64,000 nt of DNA from Gemmatimonadota bacterium (GCA_965116475.1 OZ220691.1:1472001-1536000); one strand, 5' to 3'. Positions 40,827 through 50,266 are shown, counted from the stretch's first letter. Numbers and translations: made by a program. The notes: generated by a model not told the origin, from the letters alone.

Positions 40827-41357
40827 GTGTGGAGGGTGGAACAGCTTCCAGCAACAGCGTCCTCAGCATTCGAAGCCGTGAGCCTACTGAAGAGGATCGA
40901 TTGGGCGAAGGCATATCTTCGGGTGCGGTACGGGAGAATTTCGGGCCTACGCGTGTGGGTTCGGAAACGACGTGTGCCGGCTACCCGGGAGACGGGGTTC
41001 ATGGGTGCTGAGGTAGAGGTGTTTGTAACGAATGAAAGCAGGCGTCCAATCGTGATCCAGGACGTTCGATTGATGCTGTCGGGCGCTTACGGTGCCCCCG
41101 TAGAGTCTTCCACTCTTGGTAAGCTGACAGATCCTGCGCTTCCTGCGACCCTTGACCCGGGAGCGGAGCGGAGTTGGTATGTCCGCGGGGAGAAACTGTC
41201 TGAGTTGCTCAGCTTTCTCTTTCGTCCGCCGAAGCAGACGACAGGGTACGAGGCTCCCGCCGTTGCCGTATATGCAAGATGCCTGACGAGTGCCGGGCGT
41301 GTTGGAATGAGTTCGACATTCAAGTTCCCGACCGATGTGAACGCACATTGGCCATAA
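40827..41357 (+). CDS. Hypothetical protein
   Basis: 176-aa ORF with a beta-rich VEVFVTNESRRPIVI...LPATLDPG segment. Confidence 0.55.
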   Translation: MWRVEQLPATASSAFEAVSLLKRIDWAKAYLRVRYGRISGLRVWVRKRRVPATRETGFMGAEVEVFVTNESRRPIVIQDVRLMLSGAYGAPVESSTLGKLTDPALPATLDPGAERSWYVRGEKLSELLSFLFRPPKQTTGYEAPAVAVYARCLTSAGRVGMSSTFKFPTDVNAHWP

Positions 41358-41487
41358 CGAGGCGTGCTCCCCAGCGGAGTGGGAGTTGAGATTCGTGGGC
41401 GAATTGGCCGGATGGTTGCCGGAGCGTTCGTTCGTGGGTTCGGAGAGCCGCGCCCCCTGGCGTGCGGCTCTAAAGCCGGCCAAATTG

Positions 41488-42222
41488 TTAGAGTCCCTCT
41501 AGCATTCGCCCCGGCGTCGTCGCAGGCCAATCCCAATCAGTTGCGTTGGGCATAGGCACCTGCACTTCTGACTCAGCGAGGACTTTACCCCGAGGTGAGA
41601 CCGTATAGACCCAGACGTGGTGGTAGTCGTCAGACCCAACAGCTTCCACGGTGATGGTATGCGCCGCATAGAGTTGTTTCAGTTCAGGGCGGGATTCCAA
41701 CAGTTCCGTCTCGTGGGAGATACAACGCAACCGGAGGATGTCGGATGGCGCAACGTCGTGGCGAGAGCATACGTCCGCCATGGCCAGGACTTGAAGAGCC
41801 TCCGCCGTCATGGAGATCGTCACAGGTGACTCGCCGTTCTGGAAAAGACTGCGCAAATGCGCGACCGCCGCACAGATTCTCGGGTAAATGGCCTGGATAG
41901 CCACGCCCCAAGTAATCACTGCCGCACTCGTGTCCAAGAACTGAAACAGGAAGGCGAGGCCGTTCGTTCCGGCACCGACAGTAGGATCGATATGGCTAAC
42001 CTGGACACGCTCAGCTTTAGTAAGATCTTGCAGTTCTTCAGCGATCTGCTCGGGGCGCTCGCGCTCGTAATACTCCGGCTCCTCGAAGATCCGGCCGTTG
42101 TGAACCAAGATTCCAACGCTCAGTCCGATCGCTGACTCCGAATCGAACGCGGGTGTGTCCAACGTCTCGTTGCCCGATGGTCCGACTTCTCGTGGGCCTC
42201 GTGGTTCAATACCAGGTCTCAT
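41488..42222 (-). CDS. Hypothetical protein
   Basis: 244-aa ORF with protein-like composition; AGAAGG upstream. Confidence 0.6.
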   Translation of the reverse strand: MRPGIEPRGPREVGPSGNETLDTPAFDSESAIGLSVGILVHNGRIFEEPEYYERERPEQIAEELQDLTKAERVQVSHIDPTVGAGTNGLAFLFQFLDTSAAVITWGVAIQAIYPRICAAVAHLRSLFQNGESPVTISMTAEALQVLAMADVCSRHDVAPSDILRLRCISHETELLESRPELKQLYAAHTITVEAVGSDDYHHVWVYTVSPRGKVLAESEVQVPMPNATDWDWPATTPGRMLEGL

Positions 42223-42331
42223 TCGATGTGCCTTCTCGAGTCTCTTGGTTTCGGGTGCCGCAAACTACTTGGAGATACCTTGTAATTCAGCGGTCGTGTC
42301 GGGTCAACGTGTCATCGTTGACGCCCCTCCC

Positions 42332-42698
42332 CGATTGCCCCCGGCGTGGCGCCCCATAGGCTTCCCACCGAGACGACACCCGCTCCTGCGCGCCGGCTGC
42401 CCGACGTGATCGAGCGACGACATCCCGCCCGTTTTTCACCGCCCTCCTCCTGTGCGGCCTGCTGCTGACCGCCTGCGAGACTCCACCGCCGGAAGCCGCC
42501 GGCGCCCCAGCTACGGATGCGCCGGCCGACGCCGCGGCCGGCACTGTCCCTGAGCGGGAGGCCCCTCCCCGCGGACTCCGCCATCATCCGGCGCGACGCG
42601 AGCAACCCCGACCTCGCGGTGTGGCACGACGGGGACATCTCCGGGGATCCTCCCGCGGGAACCCGGGCCTATCGAGGTCGGATCCGTCCTCACCTTCT
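42332..42698 (+). pseudogene. Diverged duplicate of the upstream region and 5' end of the agmatinase gene (copy of 47551-47953)
   Basis: Direct alignment; the ATG is lost and there is a short internal deletion. Confidence 0.9.
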
Positions 42699-44425
42699 AT
42701 CGCGTCCCCCAACCTAGCCGGAGATTCAACGCTCTTCGCGGTGACCCGGGGTCGATGGTCAGGGTCGTGACACGACCCGGAAACAGGTCGGCGAGACTTA
42801 GCGCAGCTTCAAGCGCGTCCCGGTCCACGTCTTCGTCCTTGCCGAGCACCACCAGTTCAATCGGGACGCCGGAGGGGAGCCAGCACACTCTGTAGAAGCC
42901 GGAGGAGCTGCTTTTTTCCGTCCAGCGGCTGCGCTGGTCTTCGAAGTTGAGGGTGCGCGGATCCCTGGCCCTGGCGAAGCGTCGAGGGTCGACTGCCCTC
43001 GCCAGCAGGTGAAGCGTCGCGTCCTCGATCGGGTTTCCGTCGGTGTCCGTCACCCTCCCGGTGAGAATGCCCGTTTGCCAGGCCGCGTTGCCGGCGGCGG
43101 AGACCATGGGAACGCCGGGTGGGCTATTTGGGCTCGGGGTCGTACCACAACTGCTCCAGGTACGGATGGGTGAAGTGGAGTGCGTAGGTGCCGACGCCCA
43201 GGTGGTCCAGCTCGAATCGTCCTTCGGCGTCCGTTTCCGTCTCCGTGCCGGATCCCTGCACGTAGACGCGCGCGTTCGGCAGTCCGACGCCAAGCGAGTC
43301 GACGACGGTCCCCGCGACGCGCCTCCCCCGGTGTCCTTCGAAGACCACGCCCGCGTCGCCATGAGCCCGAAGCACCTCGCCGTGGGTGATGGCGACGCCC
43401 TCCAGGGTGGCGGCGGGTTGGCCTGTGAGGGGGTGCTCGGTCTCGCCCGCCGTGAACATGCGGATGTTCCACGAGGTGACGATCCAGGTGCCGTCCGGGA
43501 GGCCGCGGAAGCTCACCGTGCCGCCGGGCGACGCATCCATCAGCCAGTCGGGCACGGGAAGGTTCACGTAGCGATAGTCCACCCGCTGGAGTTCCGCCGT
43601 CGCCGCATCGAGCCACATCGTTCCCGAGATGTCCGCCACGTTCCGGTTCGGCACGGGCTCGAACTCCAACCCGACGAGTCCGCCGGCTCCGGAGCGGATC
43701 CGCAGGCAGTGCGTGTCGAGAAACGGATCGGAGAGGAGAACGCCGGCGTCGGGACCCCAGAACTCCGACGCAGCGGCCGAGAACCTGGCGAATCCTCCGT
43801 GCACGAGGGAGTCGGCTGCGCGGGCGACGTACGGTACGGACACGAGGGCCTGCCCGTAGGCTCGATCCTCGGCCTCCACCCTGCGTCCGTGTTCGTCGAG
43901 AAACCGCTTGATCCCCAGCATCTCGTACCGGTAGAGACCTCGCTCCTGCGTCCACTCCGCCGCGGCGAGTGCCTTGCGCGCCTCGCCCCACACTCTGGCG
44001 ACGGCCAGCCCCTCCTCGGGGCGCAGATGGCACTGGGGACGGACGGACACGTTGATTTCCGCGAGCGAAATCGCCTCGATGGGCGCGGCCATCTGCACCG
44101 TCAGGGTGTCGCGGGTGGAGATCCTGAAGAATGCCGAGTACGTGGTTCCATACCCGATCCGCTCGGCCCGCAACCGGTATTCGCCGGGGGCGGGGACCCG
44201 CAACTCGAACACGCCCGTACCGCTCCGCGTGAGCATCCGCTCGACGCCGCGGCCGCCCCGGTCCATCAGGGTGATCATCGCCCCCGCAATGGCCGCGTTG
44301 TCCCCATCGTCGACGAGCCGGCCACGTACCACCTGGCCCTGCATGGCCGACGCCACCGCGGTCTGGAGCACGACCAGCGCGATCGTGGCGATCGTCAGGC
44401 GGATCCTGCCACGGCCGACGGGCAT
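42697..44425 (-). pseudogene. Carboxypeptidase-regulatory-like domain exported protein, split near 43130
   Basis: Signal peptide; QVVRGRLVD...GEYRLRAERIGY; VAGTVVDSLG; stop at 43124; continuation GILTGRVTD...GFYRVCWLP in another frame. Confidence 0.75.
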
Positions 44426-44523
44426 GGCACCTACCCCTCTTCTGTCAGCGAGCGATCTCCACATGCCAGGGATGCTATGCCCGCGGCAAGTACAACCCAA
44501 CCCCGGGGCGGAGCTCGGCGAGC

Positions 44524-44552
44524 TTGACACCGTTCGCCACGCCCTGTAGCGT
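44524..44552 (+). promoter_or_regulatory. Sigma70-like promoter for the NYN locus
   Basis: TTGACA-N17-TAGCGT. Confidence 0.65.
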
Positions 44553-44569
44553 GCCCGTCAACAACACTT

Positions 44570-44642
44570 ATAAGCGGCCCCTGTGCGCCGGGGCGACCCA
44601 TCTTTGGTCGTCTACCTAACGGACGCAGGGGCCAACTCTTAT
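44570..44642 (+). ncRNA. Structured 5' leader / candidate RNA antitoxin
   Basis: Nested stems ATAAG/CTTAT, GGCCCCTGTG/CGCAGGGGCC and GGGCGACC/GGTCGTCT. Confidence 0.5.
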
Positions 44643-44681
44643 GTATGCCGTATTCTCCCAATCCGTATTAAGAGCCTATGC

Positions 44682-45317
44682 ATGTCTCGTCTTGCAATTC
44701 TGATAGATGGTGAGTTCATGAAGAAGCGGTTGGGGCGAACTCTGCGGCGATTCCCGACCATTGCCGATTTTCGGACGAAACGCCAAGAGATCCTCGACGC
44801 GTATGGCGCTTCGCCGCTTCAGCCTGACTCGGGCCTGTATCGCATCTTCTACTATACCGCTGAGCCGTATACCGGCGAGCAAACCAATCCACTAGATGGA
44901 AACACTATACAGTACGGAGACACTTCATCGTATCGGCGAAACCGATCATTCATCGAGAAGTTGGAGCATGAGAATGATGTGGCCGTGCGTCGCGGAGAGC
45001 TAAAGTTCAAAGGATGGACGTTGCGATCCAGCATCACGAATCGGCTGATTAGCCCGTCCGCCAGTAGCGGAACAGTCGCTGCGGCGGATCTCCAACCCAA
45101 CTTCAAGCAGAAGGGCGTTGATATGCGAATTGGTCTCGATATTGCGACGCTCGCCCTGAAACGGCTGGTCACGGATGTTGTAGTGGTGACCGGCGACCTG
45201 GATATGATACCTGCGCTCAAGTTGGCACGTCGTGAGGGGCTTCGGGTCTACCTGCATATGATGGGAGCTCGTGGTCGATCTCAACTTCGTGCACACGCAG
45301 ATCAAGTGATCGGGTAG
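44682..45317 (+). CDS. NYN-domain (PIN-like, LabA/DUF88) ribonuclease
   Basis: AILIDGEF, RIFYY, KQKGVDMRIGLD, VTGDLDMIPALKLARREG. Confidence 0.9.
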   Translation: MSRLAILIDGEFMKKRLGRTLRRFPTIADFRTKRQEILDAYGASPLQPDSGLYRIFYYTAEPYTGEQTNPLDGNTIQYGDTSSYRRNRSFIEKLEHENDVAVRRGELKFKGWTLRSSITNRLISPSASSGTVAAADLQPNFKQKGVDMRIGLDIATLALKRLVTDVVVVTGDLDMIPALKLARREGLRVYLHMMGARGRSQLRAHADQVIG

Positions 45318-45466
45318 CTTGAGTGCGTCACTCGCCCGCCGCAGCTTCATCCCGGGGTGGGCGGGTATCGCGGCCATACGGACGCTTCGCCCGAATCCTC
45401 CCATCACGCCCGTGGATCAACAGCTCGGACCGAGACGCGGTGAGACGTTCTCGTCGAAGAGGAGTT

Positions 45467-45694
45467 TCACCCGGCCGGGATCGAGACGAGCCTGCGCTCA
45501 CGCGCCGCGGCGAACGCCAGCACCGCCCGGATGTCTTCCGGCTCGAGGTCAGGGAAATCCGCCAGGATCTCCTCTTCCGTCATCCCGGAAGCCAGGTACT
45601 CCAGCACATCGTACACCGTGATCCGGAATCCCCGGATGCACGGCTTACCGGCTCTCTTGTCCGGTTCCAGCGTGATGCGTTCCAAATGGTCCAT
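45467..45694 (-). CDS. DUF433 antitoxin (orphan)
   Basis: RITLEPDKRAGKPCIRGFRITVYDVLEYLASGMTEEEILADFPDL. Confidence 0.9.
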   Translation of the reverse strand: MDHLERITLEPDKRAGKPCIRGFRITVYDVLEYLASGMTEEEILADFPDLEPEDIRAVLAFAAARERRLVSIPAG

Positions 45695-45746
45695 GCTCGA
45701 AAAATACCCGGAGCCGGGACGGGAGGTCAAACTTCGGCGGTGTCCG

Positions 45747-45840
45747 GGACGGACACGCTGATTTCCGCGAGCGAAATGGCCTCGATGGGCGCGGCCATCT
45801 GCACCGTCAGGGTGTCGCGGGTGGAGATCCTGAAGAATGC
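45747..45840. repeat. 94-bp copy of 44041-44134
   Basis: Direct repeat, 2 mismatches by eye. Confidence 0.9.
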
Positions 45841-46046
45841 GCTTCGCGGTGCCGGGGCCGGAACTGCGCGCCCTGATGCGATATCTTGGTTTCGAGGAGC
45901 GTGTGCGGGGCAGCCACCACCTCCTCAACAAGGAAGGCATCGTGGAACTCGTCAACCTGCAAAGCCGTGGCGGACATGCCAAGCCGTATCAGGTGAGACA
46001 GGTTCGGCAGTTGATCCTCAAGTACGAGCTGGGAGCAGACGACTGA
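45841..46046 (+). pseudogene. hicA: hicA toxin, probably 5'-truncated
   Basis: LGFEERVRGSHH...AKPYQVRQVR; the apparent ATG lies inside the duplicated fragment. Confidence 0.7.
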
Positions 46047-46259
46047 TGTACAAGTACGAGATCGTTCTCTACTGGAGCGACGAAGATCAGGCTTTCGTCG
46101 CCGAGGCGCCCGAGTTGCCCGGGTGCATGGCGCACGGAGACGATCACGAGAGCGCCTTGAGCAACATCAAGGATGCGATGCAGCTGTGGATCGACCGGGC
46201 ACGTGAGTTGGGACGGCCCGTACCGGAACCCAAAGGGCAAGCGCCTCATGCTGGCTTGA
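46046..46259 (+). CDS. hicB: HicB antitoxin; extra G near 46235 shifts the last codons (reads to 46318 as sequenced)
   Basis: YEIVLYWSDEDQAFVAEAPELPGCMAHG...GRPVPEPKG; the expected KRLMLA* tail is in the shifted frame. Confidence 0.88.
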
Positions 46260-46324
46260 CCGACTCAGCACTACACCTCGTTAGCTCTTCCCACCACGAA
46301 TACACATCGGGCCGTTAGTGTGGG

Positions 46325-46410
46325 TTCGCCGGGGGCGGGGACCCGCAACTCGAACACGCCCGTACCGCTCCGCGTGAGCATCCGCTCAACGCCGCGTCCG
46401 TCCCGGTCCA
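46325..46410. repeat. 86-bp copy of 44180-44265
   Basis: Direct repeat, 3 mismatches by eye. Confidence 0.9.
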
Positions 46411-46443
46411 CCGTGCCAAGGTCGGATCCGTCGCCTTGAGGGG

Positions 46444-46472
46444 TTGCAGCAACTACCCCAATGGGTTACTAT
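46444..46472 (+). promoter_or_regulatory. Promoter/operator of higBA
   Basis: TTGCAG-N17-TACTAT with an ACCC-CAAT-GGGT dyad in the spacer; ATG follows 7 nt after the -10. Confidence 0.6.
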
Positions 46473-46479
46473 TCGCCGT

Positions 46480-46818
46480 ATGCAGACCGTTGCCGAGACA
46501 CCGCTTTTTTCCCGCCAAGCCGACAGGATGTTCAGCGAGGATGAGAGGCGCGAACTGATCGACTACCTAGCCGAGAACCCCTTGGCGGGTGATGAGATTC
46601 CGGGGACGGGTGGAGTGAGAAAGCTGCGATTTGGAGCCTTGGGCCGCGGAAAACGGGGTGGCGCCCGGGTCATCTACTTCTACGGAGGCGGAAGACTGCC
46701 GATCTATGCGCTTCTCGCCTATGCGAAGTCTCGCAAGACCGACTTGAGTCCGAAGGAGCGGCGAGCCGTTGCCACCCTGATCGCGGCGATCAAGAGTGAA
46801 GGAGAGGAGAGGCAATGA
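46480..46818 (+). CDS. higB: RelE/HigB-family toxin
   Basis: LAENPLAGDEIPGTGGVRKLR...GKRGGARVIYF...YAKS. Confidence 0.9.
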   Translation: MQTVAETPLFSRQADRMFSEDERRELIDYLAENPLAGDEIPGTGGVRKLRFGALGRGKRGGARVIYFYGGGRLPIYALLAYAKSRKTDLSPKERRAVATLIAAIKSEGEERQ

Positions 46819-47099
46819 GTACGTTCGGAGAAGACCTGATCCAGTCGCTGAACGAAGCCTTGGCTCATGCGAAGGGCGAAGGCCCCGCCATCGTGCACAC
46901 GCCGGTGACCCCACGCGAGGTCCGGAAACAGGCGAAGCTGACACAGGCTCAGATGGCCGCCCTAATGGGAATGAGTGTGTCCGGCTACCGAAAATGGGAG
47001 CAGGGAGCGCGCCGCGTGAGCGGTCCGGCGGCTACGCTTCTACGCATCATCGAGCGCGAACCTAACGCGGTCAGGCGAGCACTTCTGGCATCGCCCTGA
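46815..47099 (+). CDS. higA: HigA-like HTH antitoxin
   Basis: LTQAQMAALMGMSVSGYRKWEQG...PAATLLRII; ATGA overlap with the toxin. Confidence 0.9.
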   Translation: MSTFGEDLIQSLNEALAHAKGEGPAIVHTPVTPREVRKQAKLTQAQMAALMGMSVSGYRKWEQGARRVSGPAATLLRIIEREPNAVRRALLASP

Positions 47100-47195
47100 G
47101 GTCTACCGCAGGGGCCAAGGAACCCGTCGAACACGTTCCCTCGGGGAGCGCACCGGTACCTGCCGGAGGCGGACTGACCCCGGCAGTCCTCCGTG

Positions 47196-47540
47196 CTAGC
47201 GCGGCGGAGGCCCGATTCTCCCCGGTCTCATCGCCGTCAAGAGGCGAAACGGCTTCAGAGCTTCACGGTCGTACGAGTAGTACAGGAATAGCGGTGTTCC
47301 CTGCATCTTGCGGCGTTCCACGAAGCCCCACGATCGCGAGTCGAAGCTGTCGTCTCGGTTGTCCCCCATCATGAAGTACCGCGCCTCGGGAACGGTGATT
47401 GGGCCCCAGTTGTCGCGCGTCGGTTGGTACGTGTCGCGGGACAGCTCCGGCAACAAGTGGTCCGCTTGCCACAGCATCTTCGGGTCGAAAGAGTCCGGGA
47501 TCCGTGGATTCCGCCGTACGTAGGGCTCATCGATGGCGGC
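47196..47540 (-). pseudogene. lepB: C-terminal fragment of signal peptidase I
   Basis: IDEPYV...DNWGPITVP...YFMMGDNRDDSFDSRSWGFV; the N-terminal Ser/Lys boxes are missing. Confidence 0.8.
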
Positions 47541-47637
47541 TCCGCCTGCGCGATTGCCCGCCCGCGTGGCGCTCCATAGGCTTCCCGTCGAGACGACACC
47601 TGCTCCTCCGCGCCGGCTGCCCGACGTGATCGAAGCC

Positions 47638-48906
47638 ATGACATCCCGCTTCTCGTCCTCCGCCCTTCTCCCGTGCATCCTGCTGCTGACCGCCTGCGAG
47701 GTTCCGCCGCCGGAATCCGCTGACGTCGCGGCTGCGGACGCGCCGGCCGACGCCATGACGGACGTGGTGGCCGACACCGGGGCCGACACCGGCGCCGACA
47801 CCGTCCCGGAACGGGAGCCGCTCCCGGCCGACTCGGCGATCATCCGGCTCGACGCGAGCGACCCCAACCTGGCGGTGTGGCAGGACCGGGACATCTCCGG
47901 GGATCCTCCGCGGGAACCCGGGCCGATCGAGGTCGGATCCGTCCTCACCTTCTTCGGGCTGCCGATCGCGCGTACGCCCGAGGACCTCGTCGCGGGTGAG
48001 GTGGAGGTCGCCTTCATGGGGGCGCCGGTCGACATGGGGGTGGGGTACCGCGGGGCGGGTGAGGGGCCGACGGCGCTCCGGGCCATGCGGCGCAGTGTGG
48101 GCAGCATGGAGACGATGATCTCGTGGCGGAGCGAACTCACGGCGGTCGATTACGGCAACGCGCCGATCGACAACCTGAGCGTGGAGCGCAGCATGCCGCC
48201 GATCCGCCGGATGGTGCGCGAGATCGCGGAGACGGGGGCCATTCCTGTGATCATCGGGGGAGACCACTCGATCGAGTTCGCCAACGTGGCGGGACTCGCG
48301 GACGTGTACGGCAAGGAGAACGTCGGCGTCATCCACTTCGACGCGCACTACGATGCGGGGGACGCCCGGCACGGCCACCTGATCTCGCACGCGCAGCCGG
48401 TGCGCCGGCTCGTCGATGACGGGCACATCCTCGGCCGGAACTTCATCCAGGTGGGGCTGCGGGGCAGTTGGCCGGGGCCGTCGGGGTTCGAGTGGATGCG
48501 GGCGAACGATATGCGGTACCACACGATGGCCGAGATCGACCGGGACGGCTGGACGAACGTCATGCAGGAGGTCCTCGACCAGGCGAACGAAGGCCCGGAG
48601 TACCTGCACATCTCCTTCGACATCGACGTCATGGACCCGGCCTACACCTCGGGCACGGGGACGCCGGTGCCGGGCGGACTCACGCCCCGGGAGGTGTTCT
48701 ACATGGTCCGCGGGCTCTGCTCGGAGAACAACGTGGTGGGCTTCGACCTGGTCGAACTCAACCCGCTCGTCGACCCGGGCTACACGACCATGCTCAACGC
48801 CAAGAAGGTCGTGGACGAGTGCATGACGGGCATCGCCCTCCGGAAGCTGGGCCTCGGCAACCGCGACTACCTGAGCCCCCTCACCCGCGACGACGGCCGC
48901 CGCTAG
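47638..48906 (+). CDS. Agmatinase/ureohydrolase-family lipoprotein
   Basis: LLLTAC lipobox; GGDHS, HFDAHYD, SFDIDVMDP, DLVELNP. Confidence 0.9.
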   Translation: MTSRFSSSALLPCILLLTACEVPPPESADVAAADAPADAMTDVVADTGADTGADTVPEREPLPADSAIIRLDASDPNLAVWQDRDISGDPPREPGPIEVGSVLTFFGLPIARTPEDLVAGEVEVAFMGAPVDMGVGYRGAGEGPTALRAMRRSVGSMETMISWRSELTAVDYGNAPIDNLSVERSMPPIRRMVREIAETGAIPVIIGGDHSIEFANVAGLADVYGKENVGVIHFDAHYDAGDARHGHLISHAQPVRRLVDDGHILGRNFIQVGLRGSWPGPSGFEWMRANDMRYHTMAEIDRDGWTNVMQEVLDQANEGPEYLHISFDIDVMDPAYTSGTGTPVPGGLTPREVFYMVRGLCSENNVVGFDLVELNPLVDPGYTTMLNAKKVVDECMTGIALRKLGLGNRDYLSPLTRDDGRR

Positions 48907-49053
48907 CCGCGCGCCGCGCGCCGCCGCCGCTCCGACGCGGCTCCCGTCCGCCATCGTGTCCGCCCGCTTGATGCCTCGCCCGAGACGACCGAGTTTTGGT
49001 GTAGACCTCGGCGAATTCGGGCGCTCGACGGTCATAATCGTGGATTTGGCGCA

Positions 49054-49416
49054 ATGGAGGCTTCAGTGCAGCCTGGGGCAGGAACCGTCGAGGACCGGGA
49101 GCGGCTGGCGGCGCGGATAGGCGTCCCCATGCAGACCATCAAGGCGTTCTGCGACCGTTGGCAGGTGGAGGAACTGGCGCTGTTCGGGTCGGTACTGCGG
49201 AGTGACTTCGGGCCGGACAGCGACGTCGACGTACTCGTCCGCTTCAGGACCGAGCGAACGCCGGGTCTGTTCGGGATCACCGGGATGGAGCGGGAGCTGG
49301 CCGAGTTGCTCGCCCGCAGAGTGGATCTCGTGAACCGCGCCGCGATCGACGAGAGCCGAAACTACATTCGCCGAAAGGCGATCCTCGAATCCGCGCGGGT
49401 CGTCTATGCCGCGTGA
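49054..49416 (+). CDS. Minimal nucleotidyltransferase (MNT) antitoxin
   Basis: LFGSVLRSDFGPDSDVDVLV...RRVDLV. Confidence 0.88.
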   Translation: MEASVQPGAGTVEDRERLAARIGVPMQTIKAFCDRWQVEELALFGSVLRSDFGPDSDVDVLVRFRTERTPGLFGITGMERELAELLARRVDLVNRAAIDESRNYIRRKAILESARVVYAA

Positions 49417-49421
49417 CGACG

Positions 49422-49853
49422 CTAGGCGCGGAGTTTTTGGGAGCCGAGCCAGACGCCGAGGACGCCGATTACGGGGTTGAGCCAGGTGAGCCAGGTCGGC
49501 TGGCTGGCGCTCATGGTCGCCTCCAGCATCCCCACGTCGTCGGGGCGGGGTCCCGTCGCCGCTTCCACCGGCATCAGGATCGACACGACGCTGAGTACGA
49601 GCAGAATGCCGATCAGAATCACGGCGCCCCTGGCATCGTGCGCCATCCGGGCACAGACCCGGCCGCCGATGTACGCTCCCGCGAACCCGATCGCGATCGA
49701 GCCGAGGATCCAGCCGGCGCCCACCTCCCACGTCCCCGGCTGGAAGGCGCGCGAGGGGCCCATCGCCATCCACAGGAGCGAGGAGAGGGCGAAGAGCACG
49801 GCGACGATCGCGATGTAGCCGACGACGGCGGCGAGGATGTTCCTGAGCATCAT
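49422..49853 (-). CDS. Hypothetical membrane protein (about 4 TM)
   Basis: Hydrophobic ORF, ATGA-coupled to the VOC gene. Confidence 0.75.
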   Translation of the reverse strand: MMLRNILAAVVGYIAIVAVLFALSSLLWMAMGPSRAFQPGTWEVGAGWILGSIAIGFAGAYIGGRVCARMAHDARGAVILIGILLVLSVVSILMPVEAATGPRPDDVGMLEATMSASQPTWLTWLNPVIGVLGVWLGSQKLRA

Positions 49854-50266
49854 GAATCTCCCTGCTGTTTCTCTTCCTGCGGCTTCTCTTCCAGAATCTG
49901 GATCAGGCTGCCGCATGTATCGTCGAAAACGGCGGTGATGACGGTCCCCAGGTCTTTCGGCGGCTGAACGAACCGCACGCCCTTCGCCACGAGACGCTCG
50001 TACTCGGCTTCGACATCATCGACCGCGAAGGAGGCGCTGGGGATCCCGTCCTCCATGAGCGCGGCCTTGAATGTACGGGCGGCGGCGTGGGCATCGGGCT
50101 CGAGCAGCAACTCCGTCCCTTCGGGCGCTTCCTCGGATACCACGGTGATCCAGGCGTACTCCCCCATGGGGATGTTGTGCTTCAGCCGAAAACCCAGCGT
50201 TTCCGTGTAGAACCGAAGCGCCTTCTGCTGATCGTTCACGACCACGCTGGTCAGGTAAATCCTCAT
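49850..50266 (-). CDS. VOC/glyoxalase-family protein
   Basis: VNDQQKALRFYTETLGF...FAVDDV...AVFDDTCG. Confidence 0.9.
   Translation of the reverse strand: MRIYLTSVVVNDQQKALRFYTETLGFRLKHNIPMGEYAWITVVSEEAPEGTELLLEPDAHAAARTFKAALMEDGIPSASFAVDDVEAEYERLVAKGVRFVQPPKDLGTVITAVFDDTCGSLIQILEEKPQEEKQQGDS

Noticed and set aside
45323..46318. 331-aa ORF as a HicB fusion
   Set aside because: Chance read-through across antisense DUF433 and duplicated fragments; hicB starts at 46046.
47196..48140. 314-aa minus-strand ORF as an intact signal peptidase
   Set aside because: Its N-terminal two thirds are antisense to the agmatinase gene; the catalytic boxes are missing.
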